NCBI GenBank assembly: GCA_963833425.1
Contig: CAWHXP010000008.1
Span: 564,578 to 628,577 of the forward strand
Reading direction: 5' to 3'
Length of the DNA stretch: 64,000 nucleotides
Source of the DNA: an uncultured Methanosarcinaceae archaeon
Lineage (GTDB): Archaea; Halobacteriota; Methanosarcinia; Methanosarcinales; Methanosarcinaceae
The number at the start of each line of letters is the position of its first letter. Positions within the stretch are counted from its first letter, which is position 1. Both the position numbers and the translations under genes were made by a program. The notes below the pieces were generated by a model, which ran no database searches, had not been told where the DNA came from, and saw only the letters and a program-made list of their open reading frames with translations. Below, piece after piece: positions 35,680 through 46,409 of this stretch.

Positions 35680-36380
35680 AGCTTCTTATAATTGCAGGTC
35701 CTCCAAGTGGAGGAAAAACTGCTGTGATTCGCCAGATTATAAGAAATCTTCCTGAAGATGCACTTCCCTCCTTTCTGAAAATTGATGTTGTACACGCAAC
35801 TGAAGATCAGGAACTTGCAGAAGAATTTTGTATTCCTGTTAAGAAAATATATTCCGGAGATGTTTGTCCTGATCACATGGGAATTCTGGTCCTTGATGAT
35901 GCAGTGAACTGGGCTAAAAGCCTATCCCGAAATATTCTTATAATCGAAAGTGCAGGCCTCTGTTTGAGATGTACTCCTTATACAACGCAATCTCTTGGAA
36001 TTGCAGTTATCAGCGCGATATCAGGAACAAATTCACCACTCAAAATGGCACCTTTGATTGCTCTTGCAGATGTCGCAGTTGTTACCAAAACCGATCTCGT
36101 GTCACAAGCAGAAAAAGAAGTTTTTAGGGAAAGTATCAAAAAAGTTGTCTCAGATATTGATATTATAGAGACAAATGCAATTCAGGGAACTGGGTTAAGA
36201 TATCTGATGAGACGGATTGCCGACCAGTCGGATATGGGGTCAGAACCTGTAGTGCTCAGAGGCTCCCCGCCACTAGGAGTATGTACTATATGTATAGGCA
36301 AAAAAGAGATAGGATGGAAAAATCACTTTGGAGTCATCAGGCCACTGGATATGCCAGATCCTATGTACAGAGGTGACTGA
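35676..36380 (+). CDS. UreG/HypB-like (G3E) P-loop GTPase
   Basis: GPPSGGKT, SGDVCPDH, IIESAGLCLRC, VTKTD and C-terminal CTIC; ATGA overlap with the upstream gene. Confidence 0.88.
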   Translation: MKLLIIAGPPSGGKTAVIRQIIRNLPEDALPSFLKIDVVHATEDQELAEEFCIPVKKIYSGDVCPDHMGILVLDDAVNWAKSLSRNILIIESAGLCLRCTPYTTQSLGIAVISAISGTNSPLKMAPLIALADVAVVTKTDLVSQAEKEVFRESIKKVVSDIDIIETNAIQGTGLRYLMRRIADQSDMGSEPVVLRGSPPLGVCTICIGKKEIGWKNHFGVIRPLDMPDPMYRGD

Positions 36381-37039
36381 TGGTTAATACATGGAGTCCA
36401 CCTGGGAAAAATTGTGGGGCTTGTGGATCTCATACGTGTAATGATTTCATTGATCGTCTTGGAGAAGGATCAGCAGAGTTAGACTTATGTCCATTCTACA
36501 GTAGTGAGAATATCATAGGTCAGGATACTACCTTTACCCTGGGGAATTCCGAAATTCAGGTCAGAAATGCCACTTATTCTGGTATAGATGTTACTGGAAG
36601 AGAATATGACTTCGTACTTCTCCCGTTCCCGGGTGAGCCATCAGCACGCAAGTTTATAGTACCTTTTAGGGCAGATCTTGTCGAATTGTGGGGAATTAAA
36701 AAAGGAGACCTAGTAATTGGCCGTCCTGCAGGACCAGGCTGTCCTCTTTATCATGCTTTAAAGGTCTTGAGTGCAAACCCTGTAACAGGAGTACTTGAGT
36801 GTCATACTGTAGGCCCTCTAGCTGCACGAAAAGAAGATTCTCATGATGTCCAAGCATATCATGTCCATGCTTTCGAAGGAGTTGTCAGTATTATAAAAAA
36901 ACCACCTGTCCTTGGAACCCGTCAGTATTTCCTGCCTGGTAGCTGTATGATGGATCTCGCACATACAGCTCTTGTAAACATGATTTTCCATAAGCCCTTT
37001 GGAACTCATGTCCGGCTTGAAGATATAAGGATATTATGA
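36380..37039 (+). CDS. Fe-S cluster domain protein
   Basis: N-terminal PGKNCGACGSHTC...CPF (RnfB/CdhE-type Fe-S domain), plus GPGCP and CMMDLAH; TGATG coupling with the GTPase gene. Confidence 0.85.
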   Translation: MVNTWSPPGKNCGACGSHTCNDFIDRLGEGSAELDLCPFYSSENIIGQDTTFTLGNSEIQVRNATYSGIDVTGREYDFVLLPFPGEPSARKFIVPFRADLVELWGIKKGDLVIGRPAGPGCPLYHALKVLSANPVTGVLECHTVGPLAARKEDSHDVQAYHVHAFEGVVSIIKKPPVLGTRQYFLPGSCMMDLAHTALVNMIFHKPFGTHVRLEDIRIL

Positions 37040-37063
37040 GAATATTGAATAGATCGGGGTACT

Positions 37064-38308
37064 ATGAAGACTATTGACGAAATAAATGAGAAAATCGCCC
37101 GTGAAGAAGCAATTATTCTTACAGCGGCCGAGCTTAAATCCATTGTACGTGACGGTCAAAAGATAACTGCTAGAGATGTGGATGTAATTACTACAGGAAC
37201 ATTTGGCGTGATGTCCGGTACCATGGCAGTTATGATGGTACCTGTTGCGGAAAAATGTAGTTTTGAAAAAGCGGATTCAATTTGGCTAAATGGTGTGCCG
37301 GCTCAGCCTGGCCCCTGTCCAAACGAACGTCTTGGAGTTGTGGACCTTGTCATTAACGGGACATCACATGCAGATGACCGATATGGCGGAGGACATCTTT
37401 TTAGAGATCTTGTAAAAGGAAAAGAGATCGACATTTTTGTTGAAGCTCATGGCAGAACTTACGAAAATAGAGTTACTCTTGATGATATCGAGTTTGCCAG
37501 GATCATTACCACAAGACTTGCATTTAAGAATTACCATGCGTTGATAAATCCCACTGCAACTACGATGAGTACTATATTCTCTGTGACAGGTCTAACAGGT
37601 CCTTTTACAGAAGCATCCGTATCGGGATGTGGCGAAATAAACCCTTTACAGAATGATCCATACCATAGAATAATTGGGATAGGTACACGAGTCCTCTTAA
37701 ATGGCGCTTCAGGTTATATTATGGGAAGAGGAACCAGGTCCAGCCCAGATAAACCGAATGTCTCTGCCTTTGCAGACATGAAGGCCATGGACCCTAGCAT
37801 GATGGGCGGAATGAAAACTTCCCATGGTCCTGAGTGTCTAACCTCACTTGCAGTTCCAATACCTGTTTTGGATGAAGAGATTCTCTTGGGATTAAAAGTT
37901 CTTGATCGTGATATTCCATTGCCTGTTTCAGACATAAACGGGCGTACTGCTCACACAAAAGTAAACTACGGACATATCTGGGAAGGCACCGATAAAGTTA
38001 TCCGGGTCGACAAGGACAGGTGTCTCAACCATCCCGATTGTCCTGCAATGCGCACGTGTCCTACGGAAGCAATTTCAGACCGTTTCGTAATTAACAGGCA
38101 TCTATGTATCAACTGCGGTACTTGTACCCTACAATGTCCTGGAGGGGTATTCCGTGCAAGACTTGGATCCATAGATTTGGCTGAAGGATCTGTCCCTATT
38201 TCGCTAAGACAATCAGATAGAGCCAGGGCGGAAAAGCTCTGTATGGTGCTTAAAAATCGTATTCAAAATCATAAATTCATACCAACGAAGATGATGGAAC
38301 CGCTGTAA
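37064..38308 (+). CDS. methanogenesis marker 16 metalloprotein (DUF39-type domain plus C-terminal ferredoxin)
   Basis: KTIDEINEKI, DVDVITTGTFGVMSGT, GPCPNERLG, YGGGHLF, SGCGEINPLQNDP; C-terminal CLNHPDC...CP and CINCGTCTLQCP. Confidence 0.88.
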   Translation: MKTIDEINEKIAREEAIILTAAELKSIVRDGQKITARDVDVITTGTFGVMSGTMAVMMVPVAEKCSFEKADSIWLNGVPAQPGPCPNERLGVVDLVINGTSHADDRYGGGHLFRDLVKGKEIDIFVEAHGRTYENRVTLDDIEFARIITTRLAFKNYHALINPTATTMSTIFSVTGLTGPFTEASVSGCGEINPLQNDPYHRIIGIGTRVLLNGASGYIMGRGTRSSPDKPNVSAFADMKAMDPSMMGGMKTSHGPECLTSLAVPIPVLDEEILLGLKVLDRDIPLPVSDINGRTAHTKVNYGHIWEGTDKVIRVDKDRCLNHPDCPAMRTCPTEAISDRFVINRHLCINCGTCTLQCPGGVFRARLGSIDLAEGSVPISLRQSDRARAEKLCMVLKNRIQNHKFIPTKMMEPL

Positions 38309-38619
38309 CAGAGTCCAAATTTGTGAACATACTTGAGATCGCAGTACTAGTGGCAGGTCAGCAATATAAAGTTGTAGAATGAAAGTTCTGTAAAAATTCA
38401 ATTATCTCACATCCTTTTTTACTAGTGGCTGTAAGGTACTAAAGATAGTAAGCATAAGAATATCTTTGCATTTTTTCAAATTATTCGGTAAAACTTATTT
38501 TTTCATAATTAATCAAGGACCCTAGGATACGATCAAGTTATTGAATTGGATCATTTCTTATGATTGAGAATAATATCCCGATAGACAATTAAAATATTTA
38601 CAGCACATATGTTGGCTTC

Positions 38620-38837
38620 ATGAGCAGGCAGTCTGTAACCACAATAAATGCAGAGAATTCAGCGAGGTTTTGTCAGAATTGCTAGTCAGGTTGGAAGATA
38701 TGAAGTTTTACCGGATTGCTGACAGATTGATGAGTATTCTCATAAACTGCAAGCCAAAAGAAGCTTCTCACTGCGAAAAGGCAAATATTGTTGAATCGAT
38801 GATGAAAGAGGTAGAAAAGTATATACAAAAAAAATAG
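38620..38837 (+). pseudogene. small hypothetical protein, apparently frameshifted
   Basis: MSRQSVTTINAEN then a frame change to EVLSELLVRLEDMKFYRIADRLMSILINCKPKEASHCEKAN; looks coding but family not assigned. Confidence 0.35.
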
Positions 38838-39383
38838 TGAATTAAAAAAAGAAGATGCTGAGTAGATTACAGTATATTTCCTAAAGTTTAAATTCTCCAA
38901 ACTTTGACAGATTCTACTACATTTGTAAAATTCTCCTATTTTGCTATAAGCTTTTAGTCTTTACACTGCGAAGATGAAAAATAGAGATTTTCGCTTTGCG
39001 TTTTTAAATCTGATTATTTCAAGCGATATAAGTATACCTGTGTAGCTTGTTAGTCCCTGTATTTGCGAATAAGGTATGATAGAAAAGCAGGCAAAATTGA
39101 AAGCATTATCCAGGGTTTTTTTTTCTACGATGCTTATCTTTGAATAGTTTTTGCTCTTTAAAATAGAAAAAATATAATATCTTAAAAATCACGTTAACAA
39201 TTTGAGTCATAAATAATAGTAACAAATAAGTAAGCATAAATACAAATGTGTTGAACACTCAAAAAGGATGATTCAAATTTTCGAATCCTAAAGACTTCAA
39301 ACATAGGCTCCGAGTATCTAAAGGTTCAAAGAGAAGCCGAAATGAAATATAAGGTATAATATAAAAATAAGTTTTGTGGTGAA

Positions 39384-39677
39384 TTGATGTCGTCTTCGAG
39401 CTCTGAATGTTACATAGAAAAAACCGAAAGTAAAAAAAGTCCTCTTGTTGCTGCGTTTTTATCTTGCATAGTTCCAGGACTCGGTCAGATATACGCAGGT
39501 GATCTCTTCCGAGGAATTGCAATACTTGCAGGGTTGGGGTTTAGTTTATGTTTGATGGCTCTTATCATAGGATTGTTTACATTTTTTGGTATATGGATAT
39601 TTGCAGTAGCAGATGCATATAACATGGTAAAAAAGCAAAATGATAACCGCGGGTCGTGTCCTTATTATATGAATTAA
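39384..39677 (+). CDS. small membrane protein (TM2-like)
   Basis: KSPLVAAFLSCIVPGLGQIYAG motif and two further hydrophobic segments. Confidence 0.8.
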   Translation: MMSSSSSECYIEKTESKKSPLVAAFLSCIVPGLGQIYAGDLFRGIAILAGLGFSLCLMALIIGLFTFFGIWIFAVADAYNMVKKQNDNRGSCPYYMN

Positions 39678-40657
39678 TCGGGCTTTCTTGACCACTTTTG
39701 AGTACGTTTCAAAGTGAAAACTTAGTGCTTATTTTATAGTTATATGTCGAGACAAAGCATGTCAGCTACTTGCAACACTCTACACAACCCATTTTTTTAT
39801 GGCGAAATGTGCCTCAAACATCCACGTGATCTTAAAGAATATTTTTTCTTGGTGAACGAAAGATAATTTAAAAACGATGTAGGAAATATAATTGAATCAA
39901 GATTAAACAGTCTCATAAAAGCTGTCTCAAAACTAAATTTGATTCCACAATTGGGATAAAATACTATCCTATAAGGTTAATGTTTACCTGAATTTCTGAA
40001 GAAAAGAAACTTGCAGAGTAATTTAGAATTATTCAAAATAAATGGGCATTAAGAGAGTAGCTAAATTACTAATTTCTCAAAATATCGACTAATTTAATAA
40101 TGAGTGTCTAAAATAGAGAAATGTAAATATACTATCTTTAATACTACTTTTCGCAAGTGTGCACAGGCACCACCTCTTTTTTATCGGCATAAGATCATCT
40201 TAGAAATAAATACGATCTTCTTCGGACAACACGCTCTTATGAACGAAAATATGCTCCAAAAAACTCTTTTTGAACATTGGTTATATCATTATTTTTGGTA
40301 AGAAATTTGTTATAATTTTGGTTTTTAAAATTGTCGAAAAAGGGTCCGTAAATTGCTATCTTAAACCTCAAAATTACTTTGATCACGAATGTTAAATTAG
40401 CATTTTAGATAATTTCATAGCCAATGAATTGGCTATTCAAATTGGCAAAAATAGCTAACGAGTCTTGTGGTTTAGACTTTCAGAAAAGTTTCTTTATTGC
40501 TACTTTCCTCGGTATATCTGGTGAAAAATAGTTGTAACATTTCGCTAGAGATGATGACTCACGCGGATTGTAGTGTGAATGCAAATTTCACTAAATCTGT
40601 AGGAATTCTTGGTTACTGAGGATTATGAATTAAATTCGAAAAATGGTTTTATCCATA

Positions 40658-41969
40658 TCAGAGCTTAAGGACCTTTGCGGCTTTTAAAGCACTGAAAACC
40701 ATAGTTTCAATATCCATCTTTTTTTCTTCAAGCGCAATTAGATCGTAATTTGCCCCTATTTCGGGATGTTCCGGGACGGCAGTACATGTACCTACTGATC
40801 TACTGGAAATATCATAAGTCCCAATTTTGCGGGCCATATCCATAATCTCTGTTTTGTCAAAGGCGATCAAAGGGTGATAGACTGGAACCGCAAGTTGATA
40901 AACCTCAGCATACATGTTGGCAGCAGTTTGAGATGCTACCTGTCCGAGGGAAGAGCCGGTGATAATTCCACTTGCTTTTTCCTTTTTCATGATCTCGTAG
41001 GCTTCTCTGTACATCATGCGTTTACAGAGAAGACATGTATTCTTCCTATTGCATTTTGCGATAAAGGATTGCAGATTAGGACCATGAGGAATCTCATAAG
41101 TTGTAAACTGATGCCCTGGAGCCCACTTATGGAGCTGGCGGATGCAATCAAAAACACGCTCATTTGCCTCTTTTTGGGCATAAGGAGCATTGTTACAATA
41201 GACAAGAATAATCATAACTCCACGTTTCATCATGAGCCAGGCTGCAACCGGTGAATCAAGCCCTCCTGACATTAGAACTACCATGCTGCCCTGTGTGCCA
41301 AGTGTGAGTCCTCCGATCCCTTTAAATGTTTTCAGATAAACATACGCTAAATTTTGCCGCATTTCGACGAAGATCTCCTTATCAGGAGAAGTTAGGTTAA
41401 CTCTAGGTTTTTTTTCCTAATTTTTCCATGAAATTCCAGACCGCATCTCCACAGGCTTTAGCAATATCTACTGAGGAAAAAGGATGGTTCCCACTTTTCC
41501 TCGCTCTGATTGCAAAAAACTCACCATCATGAATAAAATCTTGACCAAGAGCTGCACATACACTAGCTGCATCTTCAAGGCTGGCTCCTGTTGTCAACGC
41601 AGCGGAAGTTGAGACAACCCCAAAAACATCGGCTACTGTTTCAGCAGCTTGAGAATTCGTGGTCTCAATGAATATCCTGCCCCATTCCCGACGAATTCGA
41701 GAATAGGAAATTTCTCTCGAATCCAACATTGCCGCAATATTTTTTAGAAGGATTTTCTCATACCAGTTCCTAATTCCAGGACTTTTAAGAGCAAGTTCTC
41801 CATAACGGACTATAACCACATCTGTCGGAACTTCAGTCTCTGAACGATAGGAGCCAGAAAAATGCCTAGACATATTTTCATCATATTTTTTTTGCATTCG
41901 TCCGCTTTTTTCCTGAATATGAACATCAGGTTCAATTTTTGTTTCAGCATCATTGGATTTGTTTGTCAT
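40658..41969 (-). pseudogene. thiI: tRNA 4-thiouridine sulfurtransferase ThiI, split by one extra A
   Basis: VRYGELALKS and THUMP domain in 41403-41969; GGLTLGTQG, MSGGLDSPVA, CLLCKR and LGQVASQT in 40658-41362; A8 tract at 41408-41415, where A7 would give LGKKPRVNLTSPDKEIFVEMRQ. Confidence 0.9.
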
Positions 41970-42149
41970 GGATAATTAATAGTAAAGGTGGCATGAGGTT
42001 TAAAAGCTTTCAGGTAAATGAGTTTTTGTCCCGTGGACTTCTCTGCTCTATCGGTTTGATCCCCTCAGAATAGGGTTTTTACTTCAAGTAATTCCTCCTT
42101 CTCTTCCAATTTGAGATCCATTGGAAGATCTGAATTTTCAGGATTAGCT

Positions 42150-43150
42150 ACAAATTTTTGATAGCTCGTCCATAAGGTATTTTGTCATAGGAAATATAAC
42201 ATAATATTGAAAGAACTATTTCGATCCATATCAATATTATTCCTGCAACCACAAATCATAAAATGCTTCCAGGGAGGCATATCGTAGAGTTTACCACAAT
42301 GACAATATTTCTTATTTGTATATTTTTTTGTCAAGTCTTATTACATATTGCTAACAGTTTTACTTTATAGGTCAAGAATTCAATAAATCTTCCTAAGTTT
42401 TCTAGACCATGAGTTGAATGATTTTGACTTTTCTTTGTTTAGCCTCGTTTCCCCTTCTACCATCTTTTACTTAGGTTGAGCCATATGTTGTGCACTAAGG
42501 CCATTCAATAGTGCTAGCTTTAGTATTTTTTAACCATAGTTTTTGGAAATTTGTGTTGGAAATCTTTGACTCGATTTGCTTTCTTTCTACTCACTTCTGC
42601 AACTGCTTTAGCTATTCTTGTACCTCTTACTGTTATAGAACTTTTTTTAAACATCAGTATAATGATCTCTTCTTAATTCAGCTGTATCAATCCTAGGACT
42701 CCAATAATTATCAGATCTAGGTGATTTTACTCCAAAAAATTTACCATCGGTATATGAAGTAACCATCTTTGTGATACCTAAATCAATAGATGATACATCA
42801 CGCTTTGTGATACCTAAATCAATAGATGATGCATTAAGTTTTCAAAATAAGAATCTTCAATATCCAAATCATAAGCAACGCAAATGATAAATTTACCTCT
42901 TGTTTTGTAAGGATTATAATTTACAATTTCAATGTTTGATTCCCAAACCATTAGTTAAACTACCTTTATCAAAGGATAGAGAAACAACATTCACCTTATG
43001 TTAGAATGTAATTATATTATTTTCGACTTTGAAGCCGCTTTGATTGTGGGATAACGTCATAAGATGGTTCCTATCTTTGAAGTAGTACTAGCGCTTCCAA
43101 TTTCCATTTTTAGGGTGGCTAAAAAGAATGATTAGCCACTTGAAAAAGTA
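42150..43150 (-). mobile_element. tnpB: IS200/IS605-family TnpB remnant, heavily decayed
   Basis: NQSGFKVENN, SIDLGITK (RuvC-I-like, present twice), and zinc ribbon CHCGKLYDMP...MICGC...DMDRNSSFNI. Confidence 0.75.
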
Positions 43151-43500
43151 GAATAAGGATAAATAGAACCGTAAAGATATTTCTATTTTTAAAAATTCTT
43201 TGCGAGTAATGTATGCATGGTAACAATCTTATACTAGCTATCTAAAAAATAATTATCTTTCAAAGTGTTGATGTTTCTCCAACTTATGATACGTCTTGGT
43301 TAAATGCTGGTAGTCAAGATCAGCAATGGATGAGTAAAAAGTTAACAAATTTTCTGGTTCTTATGACTCTACCAGGTGATTTGATGTCATGAATCAGAGT
43401 TGCTTCAATACTCCGAAGCCTATTAGTGATTATTTACCTTGAAAGAATAATATTTTATTATTTAACTAATTAATAGTATTAGAAAAAGGGATCGAAATAC

Positions 43501-44128
43501 ATGATCAGTAAACAAAAGTTATATTCGATATCCGTAGCTTCAATATCTATTATTTTAATGTTGGTAAGTATTGCAAGTGCAGAGTCATTTGCAAATACCA
43601 AAAACCACTATAGCAATAATACCGCAGTAATTGACACAGCAATTAACACTACTACAGCAACAATGAATATAGGAAATACACCTTTTGGAGTTGCGGTCAC
43701 GCCTGATGGAACTAAAGTATAATATAACGACCGCATTCTCCAACAATGTCTCCGTGGTTGACACAGCAACTAACACTGTTACAGCCACTGTGCCAGTAGG
43801 ATCCAGTTCTTTTGGAGTTGCAGTCAGCCCGGATGGAACAAAAGTATATGTAACGAACTCGGCAAGCAACAATATTTCTATAATTTACACTGCAACTAAA
43901 ACTGTTACAGCTACGGTACTTGTTGGATCTTATCCTTACGGAGTTGTGACCACCCCTGACGGAAAAATGTTATATGTTGCTGACATCATGAGTAATAATG
44001 TCTATGTAATTGACACAGCTAAGAACACTGTTATAGCCACAGTGCCTTTAGGTTATAGTTCTTATGACATCAGACAGTATATTGAAAAAGCAGCTCCTAT
44101 ACTTACTAAATTAGTCCAGGTAACATAA
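43501..44128 (+). pseudogene. YVTN beta-propeller surface protein, frameshifted and truncated
   Basis: Signal peptide then VIDTATNTVTATVPVG..PFGVAVSPDGTKVYVTN repeats; frame break near 43720. Confidence 0.85.
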
Positions 44129-45564
44129 TTTAAGGGTTCCACACCCTGTTTGTAGAAGAGATCGCTGTATAAAAGCAGAAAAATCTGACTTGACGAAAAC
44201 GAAACTTTTAATATTGAATAAATCAGACATCTTGTATACTGAAAAGGGAAGATAAGCTATTATGGCACCAGGTTTAAATTTAGAAAATCTGTCTCAATCA
44301 GGAAATAATTCCAGATTAAAAACGATGGGTTACACAAAATTAGGTGGAGAATATAGAAAGTTAGTATCAGAAGCAAGCCAACTGGCAAATTGTTTACTTC
44401 TTTTTTGGTTAAGTCTGAATCGATATCATTCACGCAAAAAATTAGTTTATCGATAGCTATAGATGTTGATATCAATAACTTCTTTAACATCTCCAACGAT
44501 CAATATGCGCTCAATTCTAGATTTGTTGTTATAGAAGAAAAAGCGAGAGAATTTTGTTTGAAAAGGAAGTTTGAATCTCGTGAAAACTTATGGTTTGATT
44601 ACTATTGAAAATCTTCTGTTAATAGAATAACCAAAAATCATTTTCTTGCGAAGCATGCGGCCGATATATCTTGAAAAAAGTTAATAACCGTCACACTTAC
44701 AAAGCAGAATGGGACGTTCAACACGTAGGACTTATTAATTCAAGAAATATATCGCAAATGTAATCAGGTTGCTATCAAATTGTTAAAAAATAATTATCTT
44801 AAATAGCACCGATGTCCTTTATGAATCTTGTTCTTGATGGAGATCATGATGCAGTTATCGACATTCTCGGACTAGGATTACAGTTTGTTACGCAAGCTTA
44901 GCTGCCCGGAGACTTTAGTAGTTGCTGTAGTCACATAATTCTGTCTTAGCAAAAGGAAGCAAATTATATCTTCTTATTCGGTTTCCAATTCTTTAGATAC
45001 AAACATCATTTAGTGAATTGAACGACTTTCCAGCTGTGTCTAATTTTAAAATTATATTTTGTGCATATAGTATGGTAGGAATGTAGTCTCTCAATATGTC
45101 GTTCTATAAGTCAAATAGGTATCTAGCCATCATTAAGCATATTATGTTCAAGTTTTTGATGGACGTTGATTAATTGCTAAGAATCGACACTAAATTTTGA
45201 TAATTTCAGAAAATGATAAAAAATATTGGGGTTTAGTATGAACAGAAGTGAGTGTAATCTACCGTTAAATGAGTTTGCTTCTGAGATCAGACGCTGATTT
45301 CGAGAAGATTCCCATTGTCATGGAAATCTATTAACATTCATGTAAATAAATCTGGCTAGATAATTATTTTAAGATAGAGTTGCCCTTGTAAATCAAGAGA
45401 GTATTTTGATGAGAACGACAGTTCCGAATCAGAAGACCAGGTTGATTCCTAAATAATAATTAAAACACGATAAAATTATATACCTGCAAATAAACGAATT
45501 TAGAGAAAGGCAGTAGAAACTGTTGTCAATAACCTTCCTTTTCTCGAATATAGGAGTAAGAATA

Positions 45565-45792
45565 ATGGCAGAAATGGAAATCGACGTTAGGGAGCAAACA
45601 TGCCCTGTTCCGCTTGTAATATGCAGAAAAGCATTCAAGAGAGCATATCCAGGGGACATTTTAATTGTAAAGGGCACGCATCAAGCATCTAAAAAAGAGA
45701 TTCCTATGGCCTGCAAAGCAATGGGGCTCGAAGTGCTGGAAATAGAGGATAAAGAAGGAGGAAAAGAGTGGGAGATAAAAATCCGAAGATAA
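45565..45792 (+). CDS. tusA: TusA/SirA-family sulfur carrier
   Basis: IDVREQTCPVPLV (CPxP motif); AGGAG SD. Confidence 0.9.
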   Translation: MAEMEIDVREQTCPVPLVICRKAFKRAYPGDILIVKGTHQASKKEIPMACKAMGLEVLEIEDKEGGKEWEIKIRR

Positions 45793-45793
45793 G

Positions 45794-46215
45794 ATGAATA
45801 GATATTGGAGAAAAGACGGTAATTGCACTGCACAGTGGTGATTGGACAAAATATATAGTCATAATAAATGAAAACTGAGCCCTGGAAATAGGTACTGAAG
45901 TCTCCATGCTATTTACTTTCTGGGGGCTAATGCAGTTGGGAGAAGTAGAGCTGAAAGAAAGCCATTTCTCAAGATGAATGTGCTTGGATTTGGCAGGATG
46001 CTGGTAAAAAAGGGTATATAAGGCTACGTTGTTTCACTTAGATGGATTAACGATTTCAAGAAAATTAGAAAAAAGATGATACCCATCGAAAAGACCATTA
46101 AAATCATGGGCATAACGAAAGAAGAGCTTAGCATGAAATAGATCGTTAAGGGGGATTTTTGAGTCCATATATCCAAAAAATGAGGGATTCTAATTCAAAT
46201 CTCTTTATCAGAGTT
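45794..46215 (+). pseudogene. DsrE/DrsE2-family sulfur relay protein, decayed
   Basis: EKTVIALHSGD...GTEVSMLFTFWGL, SKMNVLGFG and KIMGITKEEL remnants across frames. Confidence 0.75.
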
Positions 46216-46409
46216 TTGAAGAGTTCTTGAGCTCTAGTTGCCAAAATCTGCAGAGTTTCCCCTAATTCTGCCTCTTTCCGACTCTAATCTCCTAATAAAC
46301 CTGATTATTATAAATAAGTTAGAATCCTAAATTCCTGTAATTTACTGGAAACTATAAAATTTTAAATTTAAAATTAAGAATTTACGATTCAAAATGAGGA
46401 GGGAAAAAA

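Noticed and set aside
42000..43150. Active TnpB/omegaRNA system
   Set aside because: The ORF is fragmented by many stops and frameshifts, its 5' end is missing, and element ends were not identifiable.
44260..44930. Overlapping short ORFs suggesting a decayed gene
   Set aside because: No family motif recognised.
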